Source: Paraspadella gotoi (taxonomy: Eukaryota; Animalia; Chaetognatha). Taken from it: 64,000 nt of DNA. The stretch is from assembly GCA_051294375.1 (NCBI GenBank), contig CM119269.1, forward strand, positions 4,295,401 through 4,359,400. Reading direction: 5' to 3'. The first letter of the stretch is position 1, and the number at the start of each line of letters is the position of its first letter. The translations under genes and the position numbers were made by a program. Shown here piece after piece: positions 27,704 through 50,240 of this stretch. The notes under the pieces were generated by a model. That model was not told where the DNA came from. It saw only the letters and a list, made by a program, of their open reading frames with translations, and did not search any database.

Positions 27704-28109
27704 GGTTTAATTTTATTCAACATTAAATCACACTAATCAAAAAGGCCTTCGCAAGAAATTGAAGCCAACTATTTTTAATAACATTTCATCTTTAATAACT
27801 TTAAAAGAAAATGAAGTCCGTTTTGTAACTGAAAATCCAAAAGCTTACAANNNNNNNNNNNNNNNNNNNNNNNNNNNNNNNNNNNNNNNNNNNNNNNNNN
27901 NNNNNNNNNNNNNNNNNNNNNNNNNNNNNNNNNNNNNNNNNNNNNNNNNNNNNNNNNNNNNNNNNNNNNNNNNNNNNNNNNNNNNNNNNNNNNNNNNNNN
28001 NNNNNNNNNNNNNNNNNNNNNNNNNNNNNNNNNNNNNNNNNNNNNNNNNNNNNNNNNNNNNNNNNNNNNNNNNNNNNNNNNNNNNNNNNNNNNNNNNNNN
28101 NNNNNNNNN

Positions 28110-28972
28110 AATGCGCCTTGACATAGGAAACATAACAAACCAATGTTTTAAGAGTTCAACTGGATTCTATTTTTTGGTAAAAGAGCTTAATGTAGATCGG
28201 TCTCTATTTAATTTATCAATAAATTGTGTGGATGAAAATTGTACTAATTGTGATTATAATATCCCTAACATTGCCGTTGGTCAATGCTTACCAAAACAGC
28301 TTCAAAACCGATCTATTAACTTTCTTCTGAATTATCAATCAGATATAGAGACCTGCTCATTTTCATCTGAGTTTGTATTTCCCACATGGGCTATAGTTAT
28401 TTTGGTTTTAGTTTTTGTTACAACAATTGCATTTTTGACAAGAATTATTTTTTACAAGCAAACAATTTTTTTGTATGGTGTTATAAATTATCTGAAAATT
28501 TGTTCAGCAAAAACAAAAGTTGTTACAATATCTGTTTTTCAAAATTTATCTCAGAAGTCTACATCAGTACTGAAATCAATTAAACTAAATTTTGGTGTTC
28601 GACAGAGAAAGCAATCAACACCAGATATTTCCTCCATATCTAAAGATGCAATTCAATTTGTACTTCTATTCATTTGTTTTATTGTCAGCTTAATCTTTGC
28701 CATCGACTGGGTTAATTTAAAAACTCCCCTATCGATATTTGATACAGACTTGCTTAATATTCCTCCTGAATACCTTTATAAAAATAACATGGTCACATTT
28801 TTTCACGAAACTCAAATAGTCGGTTTCTGCTGCTTAATGTAAATGCTATTTTAGTAATCACAATTCATCTTTGGTGTTTGCATTCCGTGTATTAATAAAA
28901 AACCGAAAACAAATGAGTTGGTGTTCAATCAGTTTTTAAACACTAAGTCTTTGTGCAGCTCTGAACCACAAG
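28110..28972 (+). CDS. Partial exon: Cys motif, N-glycosylation sites, then TM segments; 5' end in gap, frameshifted near 28830
   Basis: 243-aa open frame containing NCVDENCTNCDY, TM WAIVILVLVFVTTIAFL and a second TM IQFVLLFICFIVSLIFAI. Candidate donor AAG|GTAAAG at 28972. Confidence 0.7.
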
Positions 28973-29724
28973 GTAAAGTTCCTGTGAAGTGTTTTTAAAA
29001 AAAACAAAAAAAACCCGATATCAAATTCAAACGTTAAAAAGAGTCAACATGAAAAAAGAAATTTTAAAAAATAAATTCAGAAATTGGGGAAAACTAAGAG
29101 TTGAAAAGAAAAAAAAAGTTTGATTCCCTCTCATCTCTTCGGTCTTTTCCCTTCTTTTATTTTCTTTAGATCTCTTTCTCTCTCTTTCCCAGTTTCCCTG
29201 CAGGTTCTTTAATTCTTCTCTCTCTCTCTCCTGATTAGTGGTTAACCTTATTCATCTTGTTTACCTTAACTTACCTTGTTTCCATGCCTCCGCAAACTGC
29301 TCTGTCACGCGCTCCAAATCAACGTCTCAAGCGAAGACTGAGGATCTCAACTAAATCAGTTTCGGTTCGAATTTTTCACTCCAAAAATAAACGCCGTCTT
29401 TGGAGATCTGACTTTGTGGATGTTTGGTAGAGAAAAATATCGAGTTGTTTTTGGTTTAAAGATAAGACATGTAATGATCGAAATCATTCAAAAACGAGGT
29501 AAGGTAAAAAGACAAAACAATGGCAAGTAAGAAATAACGGAAAACGTTAAACGATAGAAAAGGTAAGGTTGATTTAAGGTCAAGAACCTTGGTTAAATGT
29601 CAGTTTCCTTGCCGCGGTTGTTGTCGTTGTTGTCGCCGCATATCCCACCCCAAGCCCTGTCGCTATCTTTTGTTGTGGCAGGGTTTGAAAGTTTGGGCTT
29701 ATGGTGGACTAAAATCTACCAACC

Positions 29725-29790
29725 GGAGGCAAGTCATTCTCCTCCCAACCCAAAGGTCCGGGGTTCTAGCCCGGTGGTCGCCTCGTAGTT
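29725..29790 (+). mobile_element. Possible tRNA-derived SINE head remnant
   Basis: CTCCTCCCAACCCAAAGGTCCGGGGTTCTAGCCCGG resembles an anticodon arm plus B box. There is no cloverleaf. Confidence 0.25.
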
Positions 29791-30251
29791 AAGAGGGACG
29801 TCTGTAATATGGTGTTACAGCCCGATCCGAAGCTCAGGGACTGCTTATATTGAACGGTTCTGTCACTATCACATAACAATAATTACTGTCTCTTCAGGCT
29901 CATCGCCTTCGTCTTCGTGAATTATATTACCTCTCCTTGATTTTCCAACATTTATATTTGATTTATTGCTTTGCATTTTGCCTTCCCTCATTTACTCGAG
30001 CCAGTTGAATTCATGTGAGGAAACCGGTTAGACATTGACGTCGTCGCTCAACACTTAAATCGCTGGAAGAGAGACGATTCCCTACAAACCTGTTTAACGT
30101 TCGAATGGAAAGGATCTTTGCCTTATTATTTCGATGTTAAACCTAAATAAAACTTATGTATATAAAATAAAATAAAAATAAAAACAAACAAAAAATAAAA
30201 GAAAAGAAAACAACAGCAACAGAAATTAAAACAAAAACTCCATCGCTCAAG

Positions 30252-30587
30252 ATGAAACTTCTCATCTTCGGCCTCATTGCCTTCTTCCGAGTCGGACCCT
30301 CGGGCTGCTTCGACGGACCTCAAACGTTCTCCGTTTCCACAGCAACGGGTCATCATCGGCTCAAACGCGGAGAAGACAATTGGTTCGAGGCGGCCTCCTA
30401 CATCGTCACTCAAGACGCTTTGGACGAGGCGCCGTACAGATACGCTAAATTATTGGACGAGGCGCTTCGGAAGTTGGAGGCTGAGTCGATCCCCACCATG
30501 GACAACGGGAGCCCTTGCGGGTTTCGCTACCATATGGGACCTACCAACGAACACTCACACATCAACCTGGTTCAAGATTCCATCGAG
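30252..30587 (+). CDS. Exon 1 of a secreted/membrane BPI/LBP(TULIP)-like protein
   Basis: ATG followed by a signal-peptide-like MKLLIFGLIAFF and a KR site. IVTQDALD resembles the BPI N-terminal ITQKGLD motif. Donor GAG|GTGAAT, phase 0. Confidence 0.8.
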
Positions 30588-30767
30588 GTGAATTTTTTTT
30601 TCCAAGGTCAAAAACAAAACGCTTAAAATTTATCTCACAAAAACTACATCAATGAAAAAAAAAGGTTTGATGGGAGAGTCTGTAATCGTCCAGCGCATAT
30701 TGCTAAAATAAATTAATAAATATATCGAAGCAAATAAAAATGTCGAAATTGAATTTTAAATTTTAAG

Positions 30768-32357
30768 GTACAACTCAACAGTGACAACACGGTGACTGTC
30801 ACTTCGGATGCGTCCGTTTACGTTCCAGCTGACGTAAATTTGAGCGATTGCTCTCGATTTATCTTTTGCATCTGTGGCACGATCTGCCGAGGAACGATAC
30901 ATTACGAAGCCAGGCTCCGCATCGTGGCAAAATTTCAAGTACAATGGGACACTTCTGGCCAAAGGCTCGCCCTTCACGTTTTACCGGTGATCGTGAAATC
31001 GATCGGCAAACCGAACATCAGCGGATGTCACGCCAGTTGGATCGTTGATATATTTTATCCAAATTGGTTAAACCTCATAACCAGTGGAGTCCAAAATTAC
31101 ATTGAATACGCCGCCAAAAATTTTGAGAAGTCCTTTAATGTGCCGGTCGTAATTTCGCCTTTTGAAAATGTTTACATCGCCTATCGAGTTATAAACTTGT
31201 TGTGGATTGAGGACGAATACGTCGTCTTTCACGCCAAGGCTCAACTGACCGGGACCTTTGAAGGCGTCAACGAGACGTTTGTGCCGCAACCAACTTCTCG
31301 ATCCGTCGGAATACCGGATGACAAATGGACGTTCACCAGCACCAACGATTCCCAGTCTCATTTGCTGCAAGGATCGAGGTTATCGAGTACTTTTCTCACG
31401 GCGTTGATGTGGTTCGCTGATCGTTCTAAAGAGACCAATTACGAGGGAAATGTAACTTTGTTGGATACATTTATAGTCACTCGCGTGTATTATGAGCCAC
31501 CACTGGTCTCCGTACCTCGTGACAATTTTCTCAATTTGACCATTTTAAATGGTCTTGTGAAAAGCACTTGCACGCCGCTGTCTCCTAGCAACGGTACGGA
31601 AAAGAATATATTGTTTGAGGCTCAATTTTCGTTTCTTTCCGGAAATGTTACTTTGCTCCTTAAAAACGTGACCAATCCAGCGATAATTGTCCAAGTGCAA
31701 AGTTTCGACTTTTCCCATCTGAAAACCAAACCCTTTAAACCGTCGCTGCCTTTGCCGGAATTACTTCAGGATGACATCATGAAAGCTGGAATTGATAATT
31801 TAAGACCTACCATCAACACTTACCTAGATACTAAACCGTTGGCCTTACCAAACGAAATAGCACCATTCGTAGCACATCCAGAGATTGAAATAAAGCACAT
31901 AACAAACAATCCAGATCAAAATCACGGATTTATGTCCATACTAAGCTTTTGCACTTGCTCGCAAGAAAAGTCATTGTCAAATTTTGATACATGCAAGCGA
32001 AAATCAGGAAATTGTCCTGTGTCACAATTGAAAGAGCAAGAGAAAAAACTAAAGACTAACAATTCGAGCAAAGGAAAAAAAACAAAGGCTTCAAATTTTC
32101 TTTCCAAAAAGTCCTTGGTTTCTAAAACCGAAAATTTAGTTGTATCCTATTTTCCAAATTCTGGTTCCTGCTCAATTCATGATGCAGGATCACAAGCCGT
32201 TAGTTATCAAATTATTCCTAATAATGATTATTGCAGTCCCTTGTATTTTAATGGCAAGGAAACTCAAACCTTTTATTCGTACAGTAATGGAAATTTAAAT
32301 CTTTTTTGCGATGCAACTTGCCAAGCATGCGAATTTCAACTTTCTTCTTGGGAAACG
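30768..32357 (+). CDS. Exon 2 of the BPI/LBP(TULIP)-like protein with Cys-rich extension; runs into a gap
   Basis: Acceptor TTTTAAG|GTA is in frame with exon 1 (180-bp intron). 530 open codons, beta-rich, with many NxS/T sites. LRPTINTYLDTKPLALP resembles the BPI C-domain P.LN..L..G.PLP motif. Ends with CDATCQAC. The CDS is solid but the family call is an inference. Confidence 0.85.
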
Positions 32358-33129
32358 NNNNNNNNNNNNNNNNNNNNNNNNNNNNNNNNNNNNNNNNNNN
32401 NNNNNNNNNNNNNNNNNNNNNNNNNNNNNNNNNNNNNNNNNNNNNNNNNNNNNNNNNNNNNNNNNNNNNNAAAAAAAAAAAGAAAGAAAAGAATGATGAA
32501 AATATAGACCAATAATTTGGGATAAGAAAAAGTTTGAAAAATAAAGAAGAAAGAAAGAATTTTTTGGTAAAGATAAAAGAAAGAAGGTGGAAAGGGAAAA
32601 TAAGGAAATGAAGTCGAAAAGGAGTTTTGGTTTTTTTTTTGCTGAGTCGATTCCTTTTATGACAGGTAAGATTCGTTTTTATGATAATATACATTTTTAT
32701 TGAATTCCGTTTATTGACTCGGTTATGGTTAAACTTCAAAAAATATTATGACTTAAGACATTGAAAGAAATTCGTTATAATTGCTCCAACCCGCTTCCAT
32801 CCTCGCCCGCCCCCCCCCCCCGCCCTCTTTTTCCTTCTCGCGAAAGAAATGGAAAAGTATGAGTCTTTTGTGGCGGAAATGGAAAGAAACGGAGATAAAA
32901 ATGGCCGACGATAAAATTGTAATAGAAAGGAAAAGGGAGGAAAGGAGAGAGTTTTTTAAAGGAGGAAAATCGGGAGGAATTGAAAAGGAGGAAAGGAAAA
33001 AGGAGGAAAGAAAGAGGAAAGGAAAGAAGGAAAAGGAAAAGGAGGAAAGGAAAAGGAGGTTTGAGGTCGAGGAGTAATAATTAGTCGGCATGTAGAGAAT
33101 AGAAGAAGAAGATATATAGAGTCACAGAG

Positions 33130-33204
<75 letters not shown>

Positions 33205-33621
33205 GGGAGGGTGGAAGAAAAAGAAGGCGTCGGTTCTAATAAAAACCTTGTTAATGTCGAATAAAATCGGAAAGTCGAAAGATAGCGGGGAAAAAAATAA
33301 AAATCGTATACATAGGTTTGCCCTTTTCTCGACCACCTTCTCTCCCCAACCATCATTTTCACTCCCTCGATCCGGGAGCGGTGTTTGACACAAAGGCGAG
33401 CGTAAACAATCTCGAGCCCGAACTGACGGCCCGTGCACGCAGACGGTACGGACGTCACATAACGGACACGAACGCGTGCGCGTGCACGTGGACGGGCAGT
33501 CGGGCGCGCTGAACCCTAGAACGACCGAGGACAAACGCGTGGGTTTGACCTCCCTGCCCGGGTCTGCCCCTTTTGATAGAAAGTCACGCTAATCGTTTAT
33601 GAAAAAAAATTTCTTCTTCTC

Positions 33622-33770
33622 AATAATAAATTTAATAAATAAATTTAATAAAATAAATAAATAAATAAATTTAATAAAATAAATAAATAAATTTAATAAA
33701 ATAAATAAATTTAATAAAATAAATAAATAAATTTAATAAAATAAATAAATAATAAATAAATAAATAAATT
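33622..33770. repeat. (AAAT)-based low-complexity tandem repeat
   Basis: Repeated AATAAATAAATTT units. Confidence 0.9.
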
Positions 33771-36479
33771 GAATTATTAATTAATTAATGCTCAGAGGAA
33801 TCGTTTCCCACAACCAATAACGGCCAGGCGAAACGAAAACCATTCATTAAACGGCAATCGGGCGTATATATACAATGTAAATTATACATACATATACCTA
33901 TTAACGTAACTAAACGTTACTGTTCGTGACAGTATCATCGTTGTCGTCCTCACGTTGTTGTATCATTCACCATGGTAACGAGAAAAGATCGACGCCAGAC
34001 GGTCGCGTGACGAAAGGTGGGGGAGGGGCTGGATGAGGGAGGAAAAAGAGAAAGAAAAGGAGGAAAGGAGACGCGATAAAAATGGAGGAAAAGGAAAAAA
34101 AGGAGGAATTCCTCCTTTTTTGTTTTCATTCGTCGCCGGAAGGAGAAAAAACATCGCCTCTGTTTTCTTTTTTTCTTTTTTTCATCGGAAACCGATCGGA
34201 TGCGGAATGTGAGACTAGCGTGAATCGATAACGATCGTGAATCGATCGTCGCTGTTATCACGGGGGTGAAGTACTCGTGGGCGTTATCGAATCGGTTCTT
34301 TGTGAAAGGACGTTTATTAACAAATACTCGCGCTCTTCACCGGTGCAGATTTATTTAAGTAGTAAAGTAAATTGGAAAAAAATGAGCGTTGAATAATTCA
34401 GTCATTTAGTAATTTACTATTTAGTGATCAGTTCTCTGAAATTTAAAATAAAGTTTTATATTTTAGTAAAAAGTATGAAACGGAATAAAAAATATTACTA
34501 GTAACCGCAACTGAGAATAATAAACATGATTTTCTCTTTCATAATTCATTCCTTTTATTTTCGATCTTAATCTTCTCTCGTTCATAGGTTTCTCTATTTC
34601 GAAAAAAAAAAATAATGTTTTATTTTCCCCGTTTATTCTGATATTTCTTCTCTTGATATTTCCTCGTTGTCATTCTATTTTTATTTCTTTTTTTTTTTTA
34701 TCCGTCGTCGAAAGAAACAAAAGGGAAACGGATTCTCTTTTCCGAAGCGAAAAAAAAAAAGAGACAGAGGTCGAACGACGCCTCTCGGGAATCCGAATCA
34801 AATTGGATGCCATCCGGTGCCAGCGAACTCGGTGTCAATGTTGCCGGAGAGTGCCATTAGAAAGATATTTTTTTTTCTCAGTCGGAGGCGATGTTGCCAG
34901 TGGATGTAAGCAAGGCCTTAGGGCTGTAAAATGCCACCCGACGTTCGTTTAAGTCGGTGACTCTTTGGCAGACAATGTCGGCGTCGAATCGCTTGATTGA
35001 ATACACATATTACTATATTATATATATTATATTATATATTACTTGATTGAATACACAATGTTACTATATTTTCTGTCACTCTCGTTTGATGCACTCCACG
35101 CAATTTTCGTGAGACGCTTTCGTTAGTTTGCAAGAGAAACATATATTTCGTTTCTGGCAGAATTCAAAGTCTCTTGCTTGATATTGTTGACAGATTGAGT
35201 AATTCCGATTAGACTAATAGACTAACGGTTTGTTATCTATTTGTTGTTTAGGCTAGTCACGAAAGACGTAATAAAAAAATTTGTTGAGGTATTGCGATGA
35301 CTTTATATATTACAACCACTTGTCTTTCTATTCTTTTTTTTTTTTTTACTCCCGAGAGACCGAAGCCAATCTCTCCGTTTCCTCCTCCTCTTCCTCCTCT
35401 TCCTCCTCCCCGATCTCCTTTCCCCCTCCTCCTCTTACCCCTCCTCCCCCCCCAAGCTCTCGTCAGCCAATCTGAATTTGTGACGCCGACGACATCGTCG
35501 CTTCTGCGTCGAAAGAAGGAAAATATAACTCACGCCGCGTCGCTTAGCAACGAACGGATGACGACAATAACAACCGTGATCAACAGCGGCGAAAACAACT
35601 GAAAACTAACAAGACAACAAAAACCAAAAACAACAACAAAAACAACAATTGGATCCAAAAAAAAACAAAAAAAGAAAGAGAAAAAACAACATAAACCAAA
35701 ACAACACCGACGCCGTCTCGCCTCGACTCGGGTATTGTTTATCTCGGCTCATATCATCATCGTTTAGCGTCACTTTATTTTCTACTCTTGAGGTTATTTT
35801 TTTTATAGTTTCGCTTCCTTATTTCCCTTTTTATGTTTTGTAGAGATACGGATCGTTAAAATCAATACTCAATAGTTTCGTTTGTAAACTTGTTTGCTCA
35901 CCTGATGCGCACTTCAAGGGAAATCTGTATTTCAATAATTTTTCTTGACTTCGCGACGGAGAAAAATAAAATACTGATCGGAAAAAGAAATTGTAAAATG
36001 TATAAGGGAAAGAAAGAGAAGTGGGAAAAAATTGCGAATTGGAATTATGCAAAAGAGTTGAAGAAGAAGAAGGAAAGTAAATAAGATAAACAAATGAAGT
36101 CAATGATCGGGGTCTTAAACTTTAAGACTCTCATCATTGACTTCGTTAAGTTAAAGGGCAAAAAGAGAAAAAGGAAAAAAATGTTATTAAAGCATCAACA
36201 ACTCTAAAATAAATTAAATAGTAATTTCATAAAAAGGTAAAAAAAAAGGATTGATACTTGTCAAATATTTCGTTTACTTTTTTTGCCATTTGGTTTTGTT
36301 TACTTTCGTTTAAGTTTACCTCGACCGCGCATGCGCGTCTAACGCCCTTTATGCGCTCGACGGATTCCCGATTTGCTCTTTCGCTAATTGCCCGCCCGTC
36401 CGCCCCCACGCCCAAAACGTCCGTGCCGGCCAATCTCCAGATGGGAGAAGAGAAAGAGAGAGAGAGCAGAGACGAGAGA

Positions 36480-36521
<42 letters not shown>

Positions 36522-36650
36522 GTTTCTCGACGTTGCTCTCGCCGGCCAATTGGTTTTCCCCATCACCACTCACCCCTCCACTTCACCCCAGCTTCATTCC
36601 TCCTCCCTCGTCCTTGAACGCATCCGGCCTCGAAGGGCACGCAGCCTCTC

Positions 36651-36738
<88 letters not shown>

Positions 36739-36749
36739 GTCACAAACGC

Positions 36750-36789
<40 letters not shown>

Positions 36790-36936
36790 CGCCGCAGTCT
36801 TTTCTCACTTTAAGATAAGGCTTTCCATTCGCGCCATTGGTCGGCTGTAATGGGATTTGGCAGAATATTGACCAATCACCGGAGAGAATGAGACGTCAAG
36901 CAACTGATACTCAAAAAGAAAAATGAGAGGGAGAGA

Positions 36937-36969
<33 letters not shown>

Positions 36970-37783
36970 GACGTAGAGAGAGAAGAGAGAAGAGAGATTG
37001 GAGATAAAAAGTTAAACAAGAGAAGAAAAAACAAATCATGCCTTAACATCACCCAAATCTTTGTTTATGCGAAGATCAGGTGCGACTCGATGCAACCATT
37101 TTCCTCGACCTCCTTTTCGATGCCTCGTGGACAACAACAACAAAAAAAAAACCTCGCCAACAAGAACAATGACAACAACGACGACACAACATCAACATCA
37201 ACCGCAGCTTTAACAGCAGCGCCAGCAGCAGCAATGGGTTCCCATTTTTTTCATATCCTTTCGTTTCGTTTTAACTCCACTTTTTTCTTCCTTTTTTCTT
37301 TTGCGTATTTTTTGTTCCATCGTCTTTGTTTATTCCTTTTTTTCTTATTTTTTTTTCTCTCCTGACGAGAAAATTCTTGTCATTTTTTTTCGCTTTCGAA
37401 TTCACATTTCTTGTCTCTTCATCAAATTGTCTTTTTGTTTTTTCTTGTCTCTTCATCCTTTCAAATTGTCTTTTTGTTTTTTTCCCCCTCGACATTTTTC
37501 ACTAACATCTTCTTCTCTTTTCCTTTTTTTACTATTTCAGCAAAACAAATGCCGGAAAAAGAAAACAGAAATGCCGCGGCGGCATTTGTTTACGGTATTT
37601 TTTTTTTGTTTCTGTGAACGAGAAGCTTAAAACTCACGTTTCCAGACTCGAATTTCGAGTCGCATTCCAAGCGTTTGCATTTTGCATTTGCGTTTGCCTC
37701 GCGGCGCGGCGCGGCTCCCTTCTCGAAAGCATTGAGAAAAAAGGCATGAGAGAATATTAAATGGCAAGAGCGACAAGAGGGAG

Positions 37784-37876
<93 letters not shown>

Positions 37877-38679
37877 AGAAAAAAAAGTGAGTCTTTCAAA
37901 TCTTCATGTGATTCGTTCTTTTCTCTCTTTAATCGACGAGGGTGGGTTGAAGCGGAGTGGGTAAGGGGTTAGGCGAGGTGAGGCGCGTCAAAGGGTAAGG
38001 GAAAAAGGTCGGGAAGGAATCAAGGCGGGTGAGAAAAGGGAAGAGAGTTGGCCTGGGAAGGGTGAAGTTCGCGAAGGGGTCGATTGGCGGCGTTGGCCTC
38101 AGCGGGTGACCCTTCACACTTTAGAGCGTCGGTGGCGACGACGACNNNNNNNNNNACGACGACGACTCTTCATCGCGCAAAAACAGGACGCGATTTTCTT
38201 GTCAAAATCAATATTAGTTCTTCGAAGGAAAAATGCGAGGCGGTGACCTGCAGAAAATAGAGGGGAGGTCCTCACAGAGAGAAAATCGTTTTTATTATTC
38301 ATTTTTCGTCAATGAAAATAAGGGCCCTTTTTTTTTTATTAAAGTAAAGTAAAGTAATTTTAATTGCCAAATCCTAATCAATGATAAATATTTTAAAATT
38401 CCCGTAGTGTCTTCCGACTTTGAGCCAATTACTTTTTATTAACTAGTCATCAATAATCTTTCTCCTTTCGGTTATTCGCCCTTCATTTATATCCTTCGTC
38501 CTTCATTTTCGCCTTTCATCCGGCGACGATCGCCCTTCATCGCTCTTCGTCCTTCATTCCGACAAATTAAAAGATCGAACTCGATTAGATCGTCAAGCAC
38601 ATCTTGCGCGCGCAACTTGCGCGCATTTGCACGAATTTGCCTGCATTTTTCCTTCGCAACGCGCGTGCGATCCACATCG

Positions 38680-39288
38680 AATCACTTCCGCGCCACATTT
38701 AATGTCGAGGAGGACGAGAAAGACGACAACGACGACAACGACGACCTGCCAAGTTCGAAAGGAGAAGTGGGTCACTCGAACGCAGTATACGTGGGAGGGA
38801 AGAAGAGCGGCGAGGGTTAGGAGGTGGAGCGGCGGCTACGGCGGCGGCGACGGCGGCGGCAGCGGCGGCGGAGAAAACGGGCGGACAAGCGCGGAAGATG
38901 ATGTGTTAAAGAGATCGCTGGTTGGTGATTAGTCGCTAATTAATAGTTGGCGATGAAGACGAGTCGATTAAGATTGTAACTTTTTTTTGCCGCGGATGTT
39001 TCTGCTGTTTTTGCTGCTTGTGCTGCTTCTGCTTCTGCGGCTGAAGCTGCGGCTGCTTCTAGTTCCACCGCTGTCGTTCAAATCTTAATTCTCCGTCGGG
39101 ATCACGAAAGGTCAAAGTTGGAAGAGATCGGGGTCGATGACATTTTCGAGTTATCATCGAAATCATTTGTCCTCGTTATTTTCTTAGCCGAGGGTAAAGA
39201 TGTTAATTCCATTAATTGTAATTCGCGTTTTGGATCGCATTGTACCGATGCTTTTCTGTTTTTGTCTAAGACAAATTTCGACAATGGC
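38680..39288 (-). CDS. Possible frameshift-damaged low-complexity coding exon
   Basis: Strong acceptor (T-run...CACTAG), then about 60 open codons followed by Ala-, Pro- and Ser-rich stretches in shifting frames. Confidence 0.3.
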
Positions 39289-39553
39289 CTAGTGAAAATG
39301 TAAATAAAAAAAAAAAATGCTTTCCCAATTTACAGTGTCCGCGATTGATTCCTAATTGTTAAAATTTTATTGAATTATCGTTTAAGTGCTATAAGTCTTT
39401 GCTCAATTCTTTTTTATCCTTTTATGCGTCAAATATTTCAGGCAAAAAAAATCTTTGCCGACGCTGTGGATGTAAGCCTGTTAAGAGAGAAGATAGCTTA
39501 TTTATTGAGTGAATGAATAACTTTCATCTCCGTCGCATCAATTTCATTACCAG

Positions 39554-39707
39554 ATCTCGTGGTTGCAATCATACAAGCTCAATCCTTTGTTGGAACCTTT
39601 TTCTTTTTCCGACAATGCCCTCCTACTCGGGCAATCCTTCGTGACCAAAATCCTTCACGGAAAATACTGAGGGCGCAATTTTATGGGCGCAAGCCTTAGG
39701 GTACATG
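39554..39707 (+). CDS. Possible internal exon with indels, perhaps GPCR TM2-TM3
   Basis: Acceptor TTTCATTACCAG and donor ATG|GTAAGC. Reads DLVVAIIQAQSFVG...LLLGQSFVTKILHGKY...AILWAQALGYM across frameshifts. Confidence 0.35.
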
Positions 39708-40275
39708 GTAAGCAAACAATGAATTCAATTTTATGAACGAAATCAGAAGGAGCGAAATCCTCTGAGCTCATTTCAACGCGGACACAATTCAACCCCGACT
39801 CTTCTTCCGACTGATTCTCTCTTTTGTTTATTCGTTATCTGACTTGACCGCGCGGCAAATTTGATTGGCTGATGTTGATAGGAAGCGGAAACCGTTTGGG
39901 CGACTAATGTTGTCTGACTCTCTCTCTGACTCTCTCTCTCTCTCTTTCTCTTTCTCTCATTAATATTGCTACGTGCGTACGTAATTAATAGATAAAGTCA
40001 ATGTCACGTTAGAATGAATATACTTAGGAAAATGATGACGACGACGACGACGTCGTCATTATCGACGACGACGACAAAGCGCAACAACCAACAACTTCGG
40101 ACGATATATCTCTCGGTCTTGCGAGCCACTTCGCCTGACGGGAGACGAGCGCAGTTTCTCACTGAAGTTCACGCACTGGGAAACCTCACGCGCTTCACAC
40201 ACGAGCGGGGAAGAGTGAGAAGGAGAAAGAGAGAGATATTTTTATCGATCGAGTCGCAGGTCAGGCTTTTGTCGT

Positions 40276-40331
<56 letters not shown>

Positions 40332-40377
40332 GAGAGGAGAAGAGGAGAGAGAGAGAGAGAGGAAGAGGGAGTGCATT

Positions 40378-44944
<4,567 letters not shown>

Positions 44945-44969
44945 NNNNNNNNNNNNNNNNNNNNNNNNN

Positions 44970-50240
<5,271 letters not shown>

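Noticed and set aside
34885-34945. SINE-core-like GGATGTAAGCAAGGCCTTAGGGCTGTAAAA
   Set aside because: The resemblance is weak, with no A/B boxes and no second copy in the window.
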